Positions 35,906-46,612 are shown, numbered from the stretch's first letter. The stretch: 64,000 nt of DNA from Chthonomonadales bacterium (GCA_049967475.1 JBMFSQ010000001.1:183456-247455); one strand, 5' to 3'. Notes: generated from the letters alone by a model not told the origin. A program made the numbers and translations.

Positions 35906-37260
35906 CGGTACCGGTTGAGCTCCTTTTGAACCCGGATGCGCACGTCCCGCAGAGCCTGTGCAGGCGTCTTGCGGCCGTCCAGGGCCATTTCCCGCGCTGT
36001 GGTAAGCTCGTTATTGTAGAGGTTCGCTACAGGCAGGGCTGGGAAGTGGCCGCCATTCGGGCTGTCGGCCAGATCGAGAAAGACCGAGAACTTCCGTTTG
36101 TACGGCGCCCCTTCCCTCAACCGTGGCGACTTCAGGGCAGCGCGGATATTGGGGACGTTGTTCATGGCCTCTGCGAAAAGGATCTGCGCCTCTTCAGTTT
36201 GCATCCAAACGAGAAGGTTCCAGGCTTCCTCGGGGTGTTTACTGCCCCTGGGGATGCAGATCATGTTTCCTCCCAGCCACGTAGAGCGCGCGCGTTCCGG
36301 ATGCCCGGCCGGCGGCGGAATGGGTGCAACCTCATAGTCCAATCCGGGCGCGTATCGGCTTACCCAATAAGGGTTCCATTCACCGTTGAGCATCATGGCC
36401 ACCTTCCCCACGAAGAAGGGGTTGTTGGCACTCTGAGCCTGGCCAAAGCCTGCGGCAAAGCCGTTGACCTTCTGGTATCCGCCCATTCGCCGGATCACGT
36501 CCACGTACCAAAGCAGAGCAGCGAGGCCTCCTGGGTCGTCCGGGGTTACCTGGTTGGTACGCGGGTCGTAAAGACGGCCTCCAAAATCCTGCGTGATGAC
36601 GTTCAGATCCCCGATGGGCTGCAATCCCAGCCGTACGAGATTGCCGGATGCGTCGCGTTGGGTAAGGCGCACGGCGTACTCTGCGAGTTCTTGAAGGGTG
36701 GAAGGAGGCCGATTGGGATCGAGCCCAGCTTCCCGAAAGGCGCGCCGGTTCCAGAAGAGGGCATAATCGTCAATGAGATACGGCATGGCATAGAGGCGGC
36801 CTTTGTAGCGGCAGAGGCTGAGGGACGCGGGCACGAAATCGGCCTCGTTGAGACCGCTGCGTCGAAACCAATCGTCCAGGGGATACACGGCGTTATTCGC
36901 CGCCAAAGGGCCCAAGTACAACGGGTCTGCGAGGGTGAAGAGGTCGGGAGGTACTCCTGCAACGATGGCCCGGACGGTCTTCGTGTCGTCATTGACGGCG
37001 CCCAAGTTCTCTACGATGATGTTGGGATGCAGTTCGTGATACCGGGCCAGTACCCGAAGGAAGTTCTTCTCTTCCTGACCGGACCACATGGACCACACAG
37101 TAAGATGGATTACCCCACGGGTTTCTTGGGGCGCCGGGCCGCAGCCGATGGTCGCAGTGATGGCCGCAAGGGCGGCGAGGGTGGGCAGGCGGCAGCGGAG
37201 GTTTTGAAGAAGCGTGGAACATGTCTGCGCGCAACGGCTGGGGCCCTTCCAGAGGCTCAT
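35902..37260 (-). CDS. ABC transporter extracellular solute-binding lipoprotein (sugar type)
   Basis: Start ATG 37260 (AGGAAGG upstream). Lipobox AAITATIGCG. LTVWSMWSGQEE...FLRVLARYHELHPNIIV is typical of SBP_bac_1. Confidence 0.8.
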   Translation of the reverse strand: MSLWKGPSRCAQTCSTLLQNLRCRLPTLAALAAITATIGCGPAPQETRGVIHLTVWSMWSGQEEKNFLRVLARYHELHPNIIVENLGAVNDDTKTVRAIVAGVPPDLFTLADPLYLGPLAANNAVYPLDDWFRRSGLNEADFVPASLSLCRYKGRLYAMPYLIDDYALFWNRRAFREAGLDPNRPPSTLQELAEYAVRLTQRDASGNLVRLGLQPIGDLNVITQDFGGRLYDPRTNQVTPDDPGGLAALLWYVDVIRRMGGYQKVNGFAAGFGQAQSANNPFFVGKVAMMLNGEWNPYWVSRYAPGLDYEVAPIPPPAGHPERARSTWLGGNMICIPRGSKHPEEAWNLLVWMQTEEAQILFAEAMNNVPNIRAALKSPRLREGAPYKRKFSVFLDLADSPNGGHFPALPVANLYNNELTTAREMALDGRKTPAQALRDVRIRVQKELNRYR

Positions 37261-37408
37261 TTCCGGTTTACCTTCCTGCGAATTCTTGCGAGCGGTGCCT
37301 CTCCAAAGTGTGAACTCTTCGGATGCCGCTGCCCATCCACGCGGAGAACCCGGCCCAAGAGCGCTGCCTGCAAAGCACACTGACTGACATCTTGGTGTGT
37401 TACAAGCC

Positions 37409-37454
37409 TTGGGCAAGCGTGCGCGGCAGCCGGCTAGTGGAAGCAGCGCGAGGC
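37409..37454 (-). terminator. 13-bp perfect GC hairpin 3 nt after the mdh-like stop (terminator-like, no U-tract)
   Basis: The minus strand reads GTGCGCGGCAGCC-20 nt-GGCTGCCGCGCAC. Confidence 0.5.
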
Positions 37455-37467
37455 TGCCGCGCACCGT

Positions 37468-38478
37468 TCATAGGTTCGGGTTGATAGAGCTCCAATCGCT
37501 CAGCGGGGGCAATAGTCCAGCTTCGATGATCTCATCGCGCAGTTTGCACAGGTGCGTATAGCTCTCCTGAAGCGCGGCCATATCCTCTGGAGACCCGTGC
37601 GGGACGCGCCCAACGATGCCTTCCGGCGTCCAATCTACATCGGCAGCCATCATCACTTTGGCGTATGGGCCATCCTTGAAGTATGCGCCACACGGCCACG
37701 GGTAATCCCCTCCACGAATGCGAGCCCGGAGCATCTCTACGCTCTGATGCGCCGGCGATTGATAGGATGACCGGCCGCGGAGCTTGATGATGCGGGCGCC
37801 GCCGTTGCGCACATGGTTTTGGATCTCCGCCCATTCTTCTTGGGAGAGGCTCTTACCGTTGACGGTAGCCCCGCCCAGCAGGTCATCAATAGACACGCCG
37901 CATACTTTGGTGCCGCCCTTGAAGACCGCCATTTTTTCGCCATGCCCGCCGTACGTCTTGCATCCGGTGACTTCATCTTGGGGGACCCCGAAATGCTGGG
38001 CCAGGCGAGTTTGCAGCCGCGTGCTGTCCAGTGCGGCAAGGGTCGTTACCTTGCTTGGTGCGAGGCCGCTATGGACAAGCGTCGTAAGGCCAGTTACGTC
38101 GGCCGGGTTGAAGATCACGATGACGAACTCGACATTTGGGCAGGCGTTGCGAATGGCCTCACCGAGCCCCTTAGCGATCTCACAGTTCCCGCGGAGAAGG
38201 TCCTCGCGCGTCATTCCTTCTTTTCGCGGAGCCCCGCCTGAGGTAATGACGTAGGCTGCATCTTGGAGAGCTTGCGCTTCATCGGTAGTCCAAGAAACAG
38301 ATGCCCCAGGGTAGGCGCAGTGATAGATCTCTTCTGCTGCGCCTTCCAGCGGCCCGGCGAGCGGGTCGTACATGGCTATATTACACGCGGTGCCGGTGGA
38401 GAGCAGGTCTTGCACGAGGTTGGAGCCGATGGCACCTGCTGCGCCCAGCACCGCTACTTTTTTGTTGGTTAGGTACAT
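37468..38478 (-). CDS. mdh: Lactate/malate dehydrogenase family protein (probable malate dehydrogenase)
   Basis: KKVAVLGAAGAIGSNLVQDL Rossmann motif. ITSGGAPRKEGMTREDLL substrate loop. GGHGE. Start is ATG 38478 with GGAG upstream. Confidence 0.75.
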   Translation of the reverse strand: MYLTNKKVAVLGAAGAIGSNLVQDLLSTGTACNIAMYDPLAGPLEGAAEEIYHCAYPGASVSWTTDEAQALQDAAYVITSGGAPRKEGMTREDLLRGNCEIAKGLGEAIRNACPNVEFVIVIFNPADVTGLTTLVHSGLAPSKVTTLAALDSTRLQTRLAQHFGVPQDEVTGCKTYGGHGEKMAVFKGGTKVCGVSIDDLLGGATVNGKSLSQEEWAEIQNHVRNGGARIIKLRGRSSYQSPAHQSVEMLRARIRGGDYPWPCGAYFKDGPYAKVMMAADVDWTPEGIVGRVPHGSPEDMAALQESYTHLCKLRDEIIEAGLLPPLSDWSSINPNL

Positions 38479-38565
38479 GGCTTCTGCTCCGGAACATAGG
38501 ATTGTAGGTATCTTGCTGTTCACCTCGCAGGGTCGGGTTTCCTCTGTAGGAAAGGCGGACGCGAG

Positions 38566-39969
38566 TTATTTGCCGATGCAGAAGTCGCTGAAGATGCGGT
38601 GGATTACCTCTTCGCTGGCAGTTTCTCCGGTGATTGCGCCCAATGCATCCAGGGCGCCGCGAAGATCTATCGAGATGAAATCGGGGGGCAGCCCCGAATG
38701 GATCGTGTTCTGCGCTGCATCGAGGGCGGCCAAGGCATCGGATAGGGCAGCCTGGTGGCGCGCATTGGTCACCATGAAGCCCTCGTGGAAGCCCGATGCG
38801 CCGGCGTGGAGGATGCGGGCCACCGCCTCTTCCAACGATGCAATGCCTTCGCCAAGCAGAGCAGAGACCGGGACGATCAGGCCGTCCCCTTTGCGCTGGG
38901 CCAGTTCCTGAACGCGCAGTGCGGCGGCGTCGGCAGGTATGAGGTCCTTCTTGTTGAGCGCCCAAATGGAAGGAACCCCTTGTAAGTCGGCTGCGATGGC
39001 CTCATCCTCCGGCGTCCATCCTTCCGAAGCATCGAGCACGAGCACAATGGCGGTAGCGCTCTTGAGGGTAGAACGGGTGCGTTGGACGCCGATCTGCTCT
39101 ACAGGGTCTTCTGTTGGCCGGATGCCGGCGGTGTCCATCACGGTAACGGGGATGCCGGCGATGTTCACGACATCTTCGATGACGTCCCGTGTCGTTCCGG
39201 GGATGGGAGTGACGATGGCGCGTTCGAACCGGAGGAGCGCGTTCAGAAGGCTGGACTTGCCCACATTGGGTCTTCCGACAATCGCCAATCGGGCTCCTTC
39301 CCGGTACAGGCGTCCCTGGTGCGCGGAAGCCAGCAATCGGCGGATTTCGGTGTGCACTTCCTGGATGCGTTGCAGGGTGGCTGAAGTGTCGAGATCGCCT
39401 ACTTCGTCGGAGAAGTCGAGGGTAACTTCGACTGCTGCGAGGATGCCGACGAGATCGTTCCGAATGCGCGCGACCTCTTGAGAAAGGCGCCCTTGCTGCT
39501 GCATGACGGCCAAACGCAGGGCGTCTTCGGTTTTGGCGCGGATCAGGTCACACACTGCTTCGGCTTGGGCGAGATCCATCCGTCCGTTGAGGAATGCCCG
39601 TTGGGTGAACTCGCCTGGTTGTGCAGGCCGGGCGCCCTCACGCAGCAAGAGGGTCATGGCGCGGGCGAGGATTACGGGCCCGCCGTGGCATGAGAATTCC
39701 ACCACATCCTCACCGGTATAGCTGTGGGGGGCCTTGAAAAGGAGGAGGAGGGCTTCATCTACCACTTCGTTTGTGCGTCTGTCCGTGATGCGCCCTAGAT
39801 GGATTGTATGGCTGGGGCGGTGATCCAGAGGCACGGATGCGTGACGATCCTTCCACACTCGCTGAGCAATCTCGAAAGCCTTCGGACCGGACACACGTAC
39901 GATGCCGATACCTCCTTCGCCGGGAGGGGTCGCGATCGCTGCTATCGTGTCGGCTGCATTGGCGTGCAT
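38566..39969 (-). CDS. mnmE: tRNA modification GTPase MnmE
   Basis: DTIAAIATPPGEGGIGIVRVSG, GRPNVGKSSLLNAL, DTAGIR, NKKD and the C-terminal FCIGK. Confidence 0.95.
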   Translation of the reverse strand: MHANAADTIAAIATPPGEGGIGIVRVSGPKAFEIAQRVWKDRHASVPLDHRPSHTIHLGRITDRRTNEVVDEALLLLFKAPHSYTGEDVVEFSCHGGPVILARAMTLLLREGARPAQPGEFTQRAFLNGRMDLAQAEAVCDLIRAKTEDALRLAVMQQQGRLSQEVARIRNDLVGILAAVEVTLDFSDEVGDLDTSATLQRIQEVHTEIRRLLASAHQGRLYREGARLAIVGRPNVGKSSLLNALLRFERAIVTPIPGTTRDVIEDVVNIAGIPVTVMDTAGIRPTEDPVEQIGVQRTRSTLKSATAIVLVLDASEGWTPEDEAIAADLQGVPSIWALNKKDLIPADAAALRVQELAQRKGDGLIVPVSALLGEGIASLEEAVARILHAGASGFHEGFMVTNARHQAALSDALAALDAAQNTIHSGLPPDFISIDLRGALDALGAITGETASEEVIHRIFSDFCIGK

Positions 39970-40003
39970 CGAGCATCCGTTCCAGTGAAGCCCACTCGCG
40001 GCG

Positions 40004-42211
40004 CTACACAGCCTGCAGCTTCGCGAAGGACTGCATCAGTTTCTTAATGCCGACTGGAGCCGGGAACGCAACGCTCACCTGCAGGTCGCCATTGACATTC
40101 TCGGCGCTGAGAACGATGCCGGTACCGAAGGTATGATGACGTACCTTTTGGCCGGGTCGAAACGACACGGCACCCTGCTGTTCCTCGCGCGGGCTGGGAA
40201 CGCGGTCCACCCAAAGCTTGGCGGCGGCAGACACTTTGGAGGAACTACCGGACTGGGCCCGAACCGAAGCCGGCATTCCATAGAGCTCAGGCGGGATGTC
40301 GTTGAGGAAGCGGGAACGGGGATTGTAGGAGATCGTTCCAAACAAGGTGCGCCGGTAAGCGTGTGTAAGGTAGAGTTCTTCTTTCGCACGGGTAATGCCG
40401 ACGTAGCAGAGGCGCCGTTCCTCTTCGAGCTCCCGATCCGAGTTCATCGCCCTCGCGTGGGGGAAAACGCCTTCCTCGAGGCCGACAAGGAATACCACGG
40501 GAAACTCGAGACCCTTGGCGGAGTGAAGCGTCATGAGGGTGACGGCATCGGCGCGGGCATCCAGCGTGTCCAAATCGGACACGAGAGACACCTGCTCCAG
40601 GAAGGCAGCCAGGCTCCGATCGTCCGATTCCGCATCGAAGCGCGTGGTGACCGTGAGGAATTCCTGCACGTTCTCGGAGCGAGATTGGGCATCCGCGCCG
40701 GAATGTGCCTCCAGGTCGCTCAGGTAGTGCGTTTTATTGAGCAGTTCCGTGGTGAGGTCGGTGACTGTTGCATTGGGCGCCAGGTCGCGTAAATGGGTCA
40801 CGAGATCCACGAAGCTGCTCAAAGCGCTGCGCTGCCTGGCCGAGAGTTCGGCGATTTGTGCAGACCCCAATAAGGCATCCCAGAGGGGCTGGGAGGTTGC
40901 TTCCGCGGTCTTCTCCAAGATTGCCAAGGTCGCCGGGCCGATCCCGCGCGAGGGCACGTTGAGGATGCGCTTCAAACTCACCGCGTCTCTTGGATTGTGA
41001 AGGACGCGCAGGTAGGCGACGATGTCCTTTACTTCCTTGCGTTCGTAGAAACGCACGCCCCCCACGATGCGGTAGGGCACGCGGAAGGTGAGGAAGACCT
41101 CCTCGAAGGCGCGGCTTTGGGCGTTGGTGCGGTAAAGGACTGCGAAGTCCCCATAGGTACGTCGGCGCGCCCGCACCGCATCCCATATTGTGCGCACAAC
41201 GAATTCTGCTTCGTCCTGCTCGTTATCGGCTTCCTTCACCGTGAGGGGGCAGCCGCGAGGGTTGTTCGTCCAAAGGCGTTTATCTTTGCGGCTTTGGTTG
41301 CGTGACACGACGGCGTGGGCGGCATCCAGAATCGTGCCCGTTGACCTATAGTTTTGTTCGAGCTTCACGACGCGGGCATCGGGATAGTCTCGCTCGAACT
41401 GGAGGATGAGCCCCACGTCGGCTCCGCGAAACATATAGATGGATTGATCGTCGTCACCTACCACGCAAAGGTTCCGGTGTTTGGCTGCCAGGAGGGTGAG
41501 CAGGAGGTACTGGGCATAGTTGACGTCCTGGTATTCATCCACCAGGATATACCGGAAGCGTTCCTGGTAGCGCTGAAGGATATCGGGTCGCTGTTGAAAG
41601 AGGCGCACGGCGTAGAAGAGGAGGTCGTCAAAATCGAGGGCGCGGTTGAGGCGCAGCTTCTGGTTGTAAAGGTCATACACGCGCTCGGCGACGCGCTCTA
41701 CAAAGCCTTGGTAGTGCTTCCCGAATTCTTCGGGAGGGACGAGGCGTTCTTTTGCCCGGCTGATGAGGGAGAGAATGGCACGAGGAGCGAACTTCTTGTC
41801 GTCTATTTGGAGTTGGCCGAGCGCCTCGCGCACGAGCGTGACCTGGTCACCGTCATCGTAAACTACGAAATCCCGTTCCAATCCGATGGCATCTCCGGCT
41901 TCCCGCAGGATGCGAGCGCATGTGGCATGGAATGTGCCGATCCAGATGTGCCGGCTTGCCTCGCCCACAATGCTCGCGATCCTCTCCCGCATCTCCCCGG
42001 CAGCTTTGTTGGTAAAAGTCACGGCGAGGATGTTGCGGGGATGGGCTTTGCCTGCCGCGATGAGGTAGGCTACGCGGTGGGTGAGCACGCGCGTTTTGCC
42101 TGATCCCGCGCCCGCGAAGATCAGGAGCGGGCCGTCGCCGTGGAGCACGGCTTCACGCTGCTGAGGATTGAGGCTGGCAAGAAGCGGGTGGTGAAGGCCT
42201 ATCTCGGCCAT
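40004..42211 (-). CDS. pcrA: ATP-dependent DNA helicase PcrA/UvrD
   Basis: LNPQQREAV, AGAGSGKTRVLTHRVAYLI, VDEYQDVN, LEQNYRST, TLHSAKGLEFPVVFLVG, RRLCYVGITRA and the C-terminal FRPGQKVRHHTFGTGIV. Start is ATG 42211 (GGAGG upstream, TATAAT at 42236-42231). Confidence 0.9.
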   Translation of the reverse strand: MAEIGLHHPLLASLNPQQREAVLHGDGPLLIFAGAGSGKTRVLTHRVAYLIAAGKAHPRNILAVTFTNKAAGEMRERIASIVGEASRHIWIGTFHATCARILREAGDAIGLERDFVVYDDGDQVTLVREALGQLQIDDKKFAPRAILSLISRAKERLVPPEEFGKHYQGFVERVAERVYDLYNQKLRLNRALDFDDLLFYAVRLFQQRPDILQRYQERFRYILVDEYQDVNYAQYLLLTLLAAKHRNLCVVGDDDQSIYMFRGADVGLILQFERDYPDARVVKLEQNYRSTGTILDAAHAVVSRNQSRKDKRLWTNNPRGCPLTVKEADNEQDEAEFVVRTIWDAVRARRRTYGDFAVLYRTNAQSRAFEEVFLTFRVPYRIVGGVRFYERKEVKDIVAYLRVLHNPRDAVSLKRILNVPSRGIGPATLAILEKTAEATSQPLWDALLGSAQIAELSARQRSALSSFVDLVTHLRDLAPNATVTDLTTELLNKTHYLSDLEAHSGADAQSRSENVQEFLTVTTRFDAESDDRSLAAFLEQVSLVSDLDTLDARADAVTLMTLHSAKGLEFPVVFLVGLEEGVFPHARAMNSDRELEEERRLCYVGITRAKEELYLTHAYRRTLFGTISYNPRSRFLNDIPPELYGMPASVRAQSGSSSKVSAAAKLWVDRVPSPREEQQGAVSFRPGQKVRHHTFGTGIVLSAENVNGDLQVSVAFPAPVGIKKLMQSFAKLQAV

Positions 42212-42351
42212 GAGCGTCCTCCGTGTCCTAATTATAACGCACAGAGGGCTTCCACTCCGCCGATGCAGGGATGCGGGCGGCACGAGGCTAATCTGTTCGC
42301 GGAACACGCACGCAACCCTGGCGCATCGCGGCGCCTTTACAGGAGGGGATC

Positions 42352-44964
42352 ATGCCCTATACGCTCCACGTGGTGTCTCATACCCATTGGGATCGGGAAT
42401 GGTTCATGCCGTTCCAACAGTTTCGATTGAGGCTCGTAGATCTGGTAGACCATCTTTTGCAGATCCTAGACACCGACCCGGATTTTCACTATTTCAACCT
42501 CGACGCTCAGACCATCGTGCTGGAGGATTACCTGCAGATACGGCCCCAAAGAAGTGAGGAATTGAAGCGGTACATCGCCGAAGGCCGCATCACGGTTGGG
42601 CCGTGGTATCAGTTGAACGACCAATTCCTGACGAGTGGCGAAGCCACGGTACGAAGCCTGCTCGTGGGGCACCGCATCGCAGCATCCTTCGGCGGCGTGA
42701 TGAAGGTGGGCTATCTTCCGGATCAGTTCGGCAACCTCTCACAAATGCCGCAGATCCTTCGCGGCTTTGGCATAGACAATGCCGTGGTGGGCCGCGGATA
42801 CCAGCTCGTTGGAGACCGCACTATGGAGTTCCTGTGGGAAGCTCCCGATGGAACCCAGGTGCTCGGCTCTCTCATGGCGTTTTGGTACAACAATGCCCAG
42901 CGCATCCCCTCCGACTTGGACGAGGCCGTGCAGTTTGTGATGGACCTCAAGGATCGCATGGCGCCGCGGTCCTCGTCATCGCATTTGCTTCTGATGAACG
43001 GAGTAGATCATCTTGAGGCCCAGCCGGATGTGGGCCGCATCATTGCGCAGGTGAACCGGGAACTGGAACGCCGCGGCATTCCGGATCGGCTGGTGCACAG
43101 CACCCTGCCGCAGTACATCGCTGCTCTCCGAGAGGAATTGGGAGGCACGCGAGGCCCCCGCGGAACAACATGCGGGCCGCTGCAGGTGAAGCAGGGGGAG
43201 CTTCGCGAGGATCGTTGGGGCGCATGCCTTGCTGGAACGCTTTCTACCCGCATGTACATCAAACAGGCCAACCACCGCGCCCAAACGGCTTTAGAGCAAT
43301 ATGCTGAGCGGCTCTCATCCTTTGCGCGTTTGCATGGGGCTCCTTATCCCCATGACGAACTCCTCTACGCTTGGAAGCTTCTCATGCAGAACCATCCCCA
43401 CGATTCTATTTGCGGCTGCTCGGTGGACCAGGTTCACCGCGAGATGATGCCGCGCTTCCAACAAGTAGAGCAGGTGGCGGAGGTCGTAACGGAGAAGGCC
43501 CTGGATGTGCTCACTCGGCGCGACCGCACCAAAGGCGCCGTGGAAGACGCCTTCAGCATCTTCGTGTTCAACCCTCTGAACTGGATGAGGACGGACCCGG
43601 TGCGGTGCACCCTGGAGTTCCCGCTGGGCGCCCCTGCCCGCGGCAACCCCGGCCGGGATGCGCGCCGCGCACTTCGGGGGTTCAGTCTCTCCGATGCGGA
43701 GGGACGCGCGGTGCCCTTTGCCGTAATCGCATGCGAAGAGGTAATCCGCCAGGTGATCAGTCCCCACGAACTGCCGCTGGATCAGTGGGTTCAGAGGATC
43801 ACCATCGAATTCGTGGCGAGCAATGTACCCGGATGCGGGTGGCGCATCTACACGATCCGGCCGGAACCTTCGTGGCCGCACTATCCCGATCTGGCCGTGC
43901 CCACTGGGGAACCTGATCCCCTGGCTCTGTGGATGCCCCTCCTGGAAGATGTAGGAGACGTGGGTGATGAGTACCTCTTCCGAAGCCCGCGCAACGACCG
44001 CCGCATCCTTGTACACCCCGCCTCTTTGCCGGGGATGAGCGGCGAGGAGCACTATGCAAGCTGCGTGCGGCGCAGCCGAAGCGTTCGAGGATCTTTGATG
44101 CTTCCTGCGGCAGGCGACCTGGAGCACCGCGCCGGCGAGTTAGTGGAATGTCCTGTGGTGATCACCGCCACGCAATGGGCCGAGATAGACCGGGTGGAGG
44201 TGGAATTGGAATTCGAGAACCGGGCCCGGGATCACCGGTTGCGGGCAGTGTGGAACGTGGAGAGTGCGGAAGCGCTCGTAGCCGGCGGTCAATTCGATGC
44301 CGTACGGCGCCCGGTTCCGGATGCCCTGGTGGACGAAGGGGCTGCGCCGTTCAGCCCCCACCAACTTTGGGTGGATGCTGCAGGAGAGGATGGCGGCGGA
44401 GGCGTTAGCGGCGTGGCGATCCTTGATGAGGGGCTCCCCGAACATGAGGCGTATCCAGGCTTTATGGGCCGGCGCGGAATGGCCGTCGCCATTACATTGC
44501 TGCGCTGTGTAGGCCAACTGAGCCGAAGAGGGGATGGGCCAGGCATCCTGACACCGGAGGCTCAATGCCCGGGCCGCCATACGTTTCGGCTGGCTGTAGT
44601 GCCCCATCATGGCGACTGGCAGGAGGCCAAGGTGTGGCAGCAAGGGCACCGCTTCAGTGCGCCCCTTGTGGCGGTGCAGTCGCAAGGATGGGACGGTATG
44701 GCTGCCCAAGGCGTCTTCTTGGAGGTTGGCGCGGACGAATGGGTGGTAACCTGCATCAAGCGTGCCGAGGATCGCGACGGACTCATCATAAGGTGGTTCA
44801 ATACTGTGGACGAGCAGGTGTCGGGTCGGGTGCGTGTGCCCGGCGCCAAACGAATGCGCCGCGTAAACCTGAACGAGGAGCCCCTAGAGGATTGGTCTGT
44901 CGGAGACACAATGGCGCTGACAACAGGGGGCAAGCATATCGAGACGGTGGAAGCCGAACTGTAG
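42352..44964 (+). CDS. Glycoside hydrolase family 38 alpha-mannosidase
   Basis: HVVSHTHWDREW, GPWYQLNDQFL, LPDQFG and HPHDSICGCS. 870 aa. SD AGGAGG. Confidence 0.9.
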   Translation: MPYTLHVVSHTHWDREWFMPFQQFRLRLVDLVDHLLQILDTDPDFHYFNLDAQTIVLEDYLQIRPQRSEELKRYIAEGRITVGPWYQLNDQFLTSGEATVRSLLVGHRIAASFGGVMKVGYLPDQFGNLSQMPQILRGFGIDNAVVGRGYQLVGDRTMEFLWEAPDGTQVLGSLMAFWYNNAQRIPSDLDEAVQFVMDLKDRMAPRSSSSHLLLMNGVDHLEAQPDVGRIIAQVNRELERRGIPDRLVHSTLPQYIAALREELGGTRGPRGTTCGPLQVKQGELREDRWGACLAGTLSTRMYIKQANHRAQTALEQYAERLSSFARLHGAPYPHDELLYAWKLLMQNHPHDSICGCSVDQVHREMMPRFQQVEQVAEVVTEKALDVLTRRDRTKGAVEDAFSIFVFNPLNWMRTDPVRCTLEFPLGAPARGNPGRDARRALRGFSLSDAEGRAVPFAVIACEEVIRQVISPHELPLDQWVQRITIEFVASNVPGCGWRIYTIRPEPSWPHYPDLAVPTGEPDPLALWMPLLEDVGDVGDEYLFRSPRNDRRILVHPASLPGMSGEEHYASCVRRSRSVRGSLMLPAAGDLEHRAGELVECPVVITATQWAEIDRVEVELEFENRARDHRLRAVWNVESAEALVAGGQFDAVRRPVPDALVDEGAAPFSPHQLWVDAAGEDGGGGVSGVAILDEGLPEHEAYPGFMGRRGMAVAITLLRCVGQLSRRGDGPGILTPEAQCPGRHTFRLAVVPHHGDWQEAKVWQQGHRFSAPLVAVQSQGWDGMAAQGVFLEVGADEWVVTCIKRAEDRDGLIIRWFNTVDEQVSGRVRVPGAKRMRRVNLNEEPLEDWSVGDTMALTTGGKHIETVEAEL

Positions 44965-45033
44965 CGAGACCGGCACCCCGATGGGGTATGGTGATGGCAA
45001 TTGCCCTTCTGATGGGGCCACGATGGAGGATGC

Positions 45034-45891
45034 ATGGAACGACGACCGTACGGCAACACGAAAGAACAACTCTCCATCATCGCATTCGGCGGGATTGTGG
45101 TGATGGGCTTGGATCAACAGGAGGCGGATCGTTGGGTGCGTGAAGCCTACGACCGCGGAGTGAATTACTACGACGTTGCGCCCAGCTATGGCGATGCGGA
45201 GGAGCGGCTAGGGCCTGCACTTAAGGGCATCCGCGACAGCATTTTCCTTGCATGCAAGACGGGCAAACGGCTCAAGAAAGAGGCGGCGGAGGAGCTTCGT
45301 GCTTCCCTGAAACGTCTGCGCACGGACCGCTTCGATCTCTATCAGTTGCATGCCCTCACCACAGATGAGGATATCGAGCAGGCGTTCGGTCCAGGCGGAG
45401 CCCTCGAGGCGCTCGTAGAAGCTCGGGAAGCCGGGCTCGTGAGATACCTGGGCTTCAGCGCTCATTCCGTGAAGGCTGCCTTGGCTGCTCTAGAACGCTT
45501 CCAGTTCGATTCGGTGTTGTTCCCTTTTAATATCACTGCGTACTCCACAGGGAACTTCGGTCCCCAGGTGCTCGAGGCGGCACAGACGCGCTGCGTGGCC
45601 CGTTTGGCTCTCAAAGCCATGGCGAAGGGTCCATGGCCGGATGGGGCCGATCGCAGCGCCTACCCCAATTGCTGGTACGAACCCCACACCGATCCGGAAG
45701 TTGCGGAACTTGCGTTGCGCTGGACCCTTTCGCTGCCCATCACAGCCGCTGTGCCCCCGGGAGATCCCAAGCTTTATCGGATGGCTCTTACCTTCGCGGA
45801 GCGCTTCCGGCCTCTAAGTGATGAGGAACTGGAACGGGCGCAAGCGCTTGCGCGGCAGGCAACTCCCCTTTTTCGCCAGGAGGCAGCCTAG
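45034..45891 (+). CDS. Aldo/keto reductase
   Basis: GVNYYDVAPSYGDAEE, DRFDLYQLH and YLGFSAH. Confidence 0.85.
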   Translation: MERRPYGNTKEQLSIIAFGGIVVMGLDQQEADRWVREAYDRGVNYYDVAPSYGDAEERLGPALKGIRDSIFLACKTGKRLKKEAAEELRASLKRLRTDRFDLYQLHALTTDEDIEQAFGPGGALEALVEAREAGLVRYLGFSAHSVKAALAALERFQFDSVLFPFNITAYSTGNFGPQVLEAAQTRCVARLALKAMAKGPWPDGADRSAYPNCWYEPHTDPEVAELALRWTLSLPITAAVPPGDPKLYRMALTFAERFRPLSDEELERAQALARQATPLFRQEAA

Positions 45892-45955
45892 GGCAATCGG
45901 GGGCTCGAGCTGGTCCCAGCCCGACCCCCGGTCCCGGCCTCCCGCAGCGGCATCT

Positions 45956-46612
45956 TTAGGGTGTCGCGGGGTGCCTGTTGATCGCCGTGCCCACCCGCAC
46001 GCCGATCAATTCGGTGCCATGCTGGAGCCAGACACTGCCGTCGTCAATCGCCTGGATGCGCCAACCTTTGGCGACGGCATCGCCCGGGTGCAGGATCATG
46101 ATCTGCCCTTGCACCTCCAGCGTGGCCACCGACCGATCTCCTCGGACGATGCCGATTACGCGGATCTCCGGTCGCTCTTCGGCCGGTTTGGCGAGTTCTG
46201 CAGGCATACCGGGCAGCACGCTCCCTGCGGCGATGGGCGGAAGGGGTTGCGGGCGGATGGGGGACACATCCACCTTTGGCGCAGGTGCTGGTGCAGAGGT
46301 TGGGTTGGATACCGGCCCCTTGGCATGCAGCGGCGTAAAGGGGTCGGGAATAGGCGGCTCTGGCTCGGGTTCTTTGCGAGCGGCAATGGCCTTGGATGTG
46401 GGGAAGTCCGGAGCGGGCGCGGCCTGCGGGGTACTCGCCGGCGGCGTGGGTGCCGGGGCTCCTGCGGAAGGTACTGGGGCAGGTACCTGCCGTGTCTTAG
46501 GCGCGACTACGCCCAATAGGGTGTGGACTACGAAGAACATCACCACAACGATGAGGCCGATGAGCGCTGAAGCCTTCATCCGCTCTGCGGGAGATAAGGT
46601 TGCGAAGTTCAT
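45956..46612 (-). CDS. PilP-like pilus/secretion assembly protein (N-terminal TM, Pro-rich linker, C-terminal beta domain)
   Basis: TM segment ALIGLIVVVMFFVVHTLLGVV. A PAPVPSAGAPAPTPPASTPQAAPAP linker. The C-terminal IRVIGIVRGDRSVATLEVQGQIMILHPGDAVAKGWRIQAIDDGSVWL resembles the PilP/GspC-HR beta-sandwich pattern. It sits directly after the secretin gene. Confidence 0.45.
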   Translation of the reverse strand: MNFATLSPAERMKASALIGLIVVVMFFVVHTLLGVVAPKTRQVPAPVPSAGAPAPTPPASTPQAAPAPDFPTSKAIAARKEPEPEPPIPDPFTPLHAKGPVSNPTSAPAPAPKVDVSPIRPQPLPPIAAGSVLPGMPAELAKPAEERPEIRVIGIVRGDRSVATLEVQGQIMILHPGDAVAKGWRIQAIDDGSVWLQHGTELIGVRVGTAINRHPATP

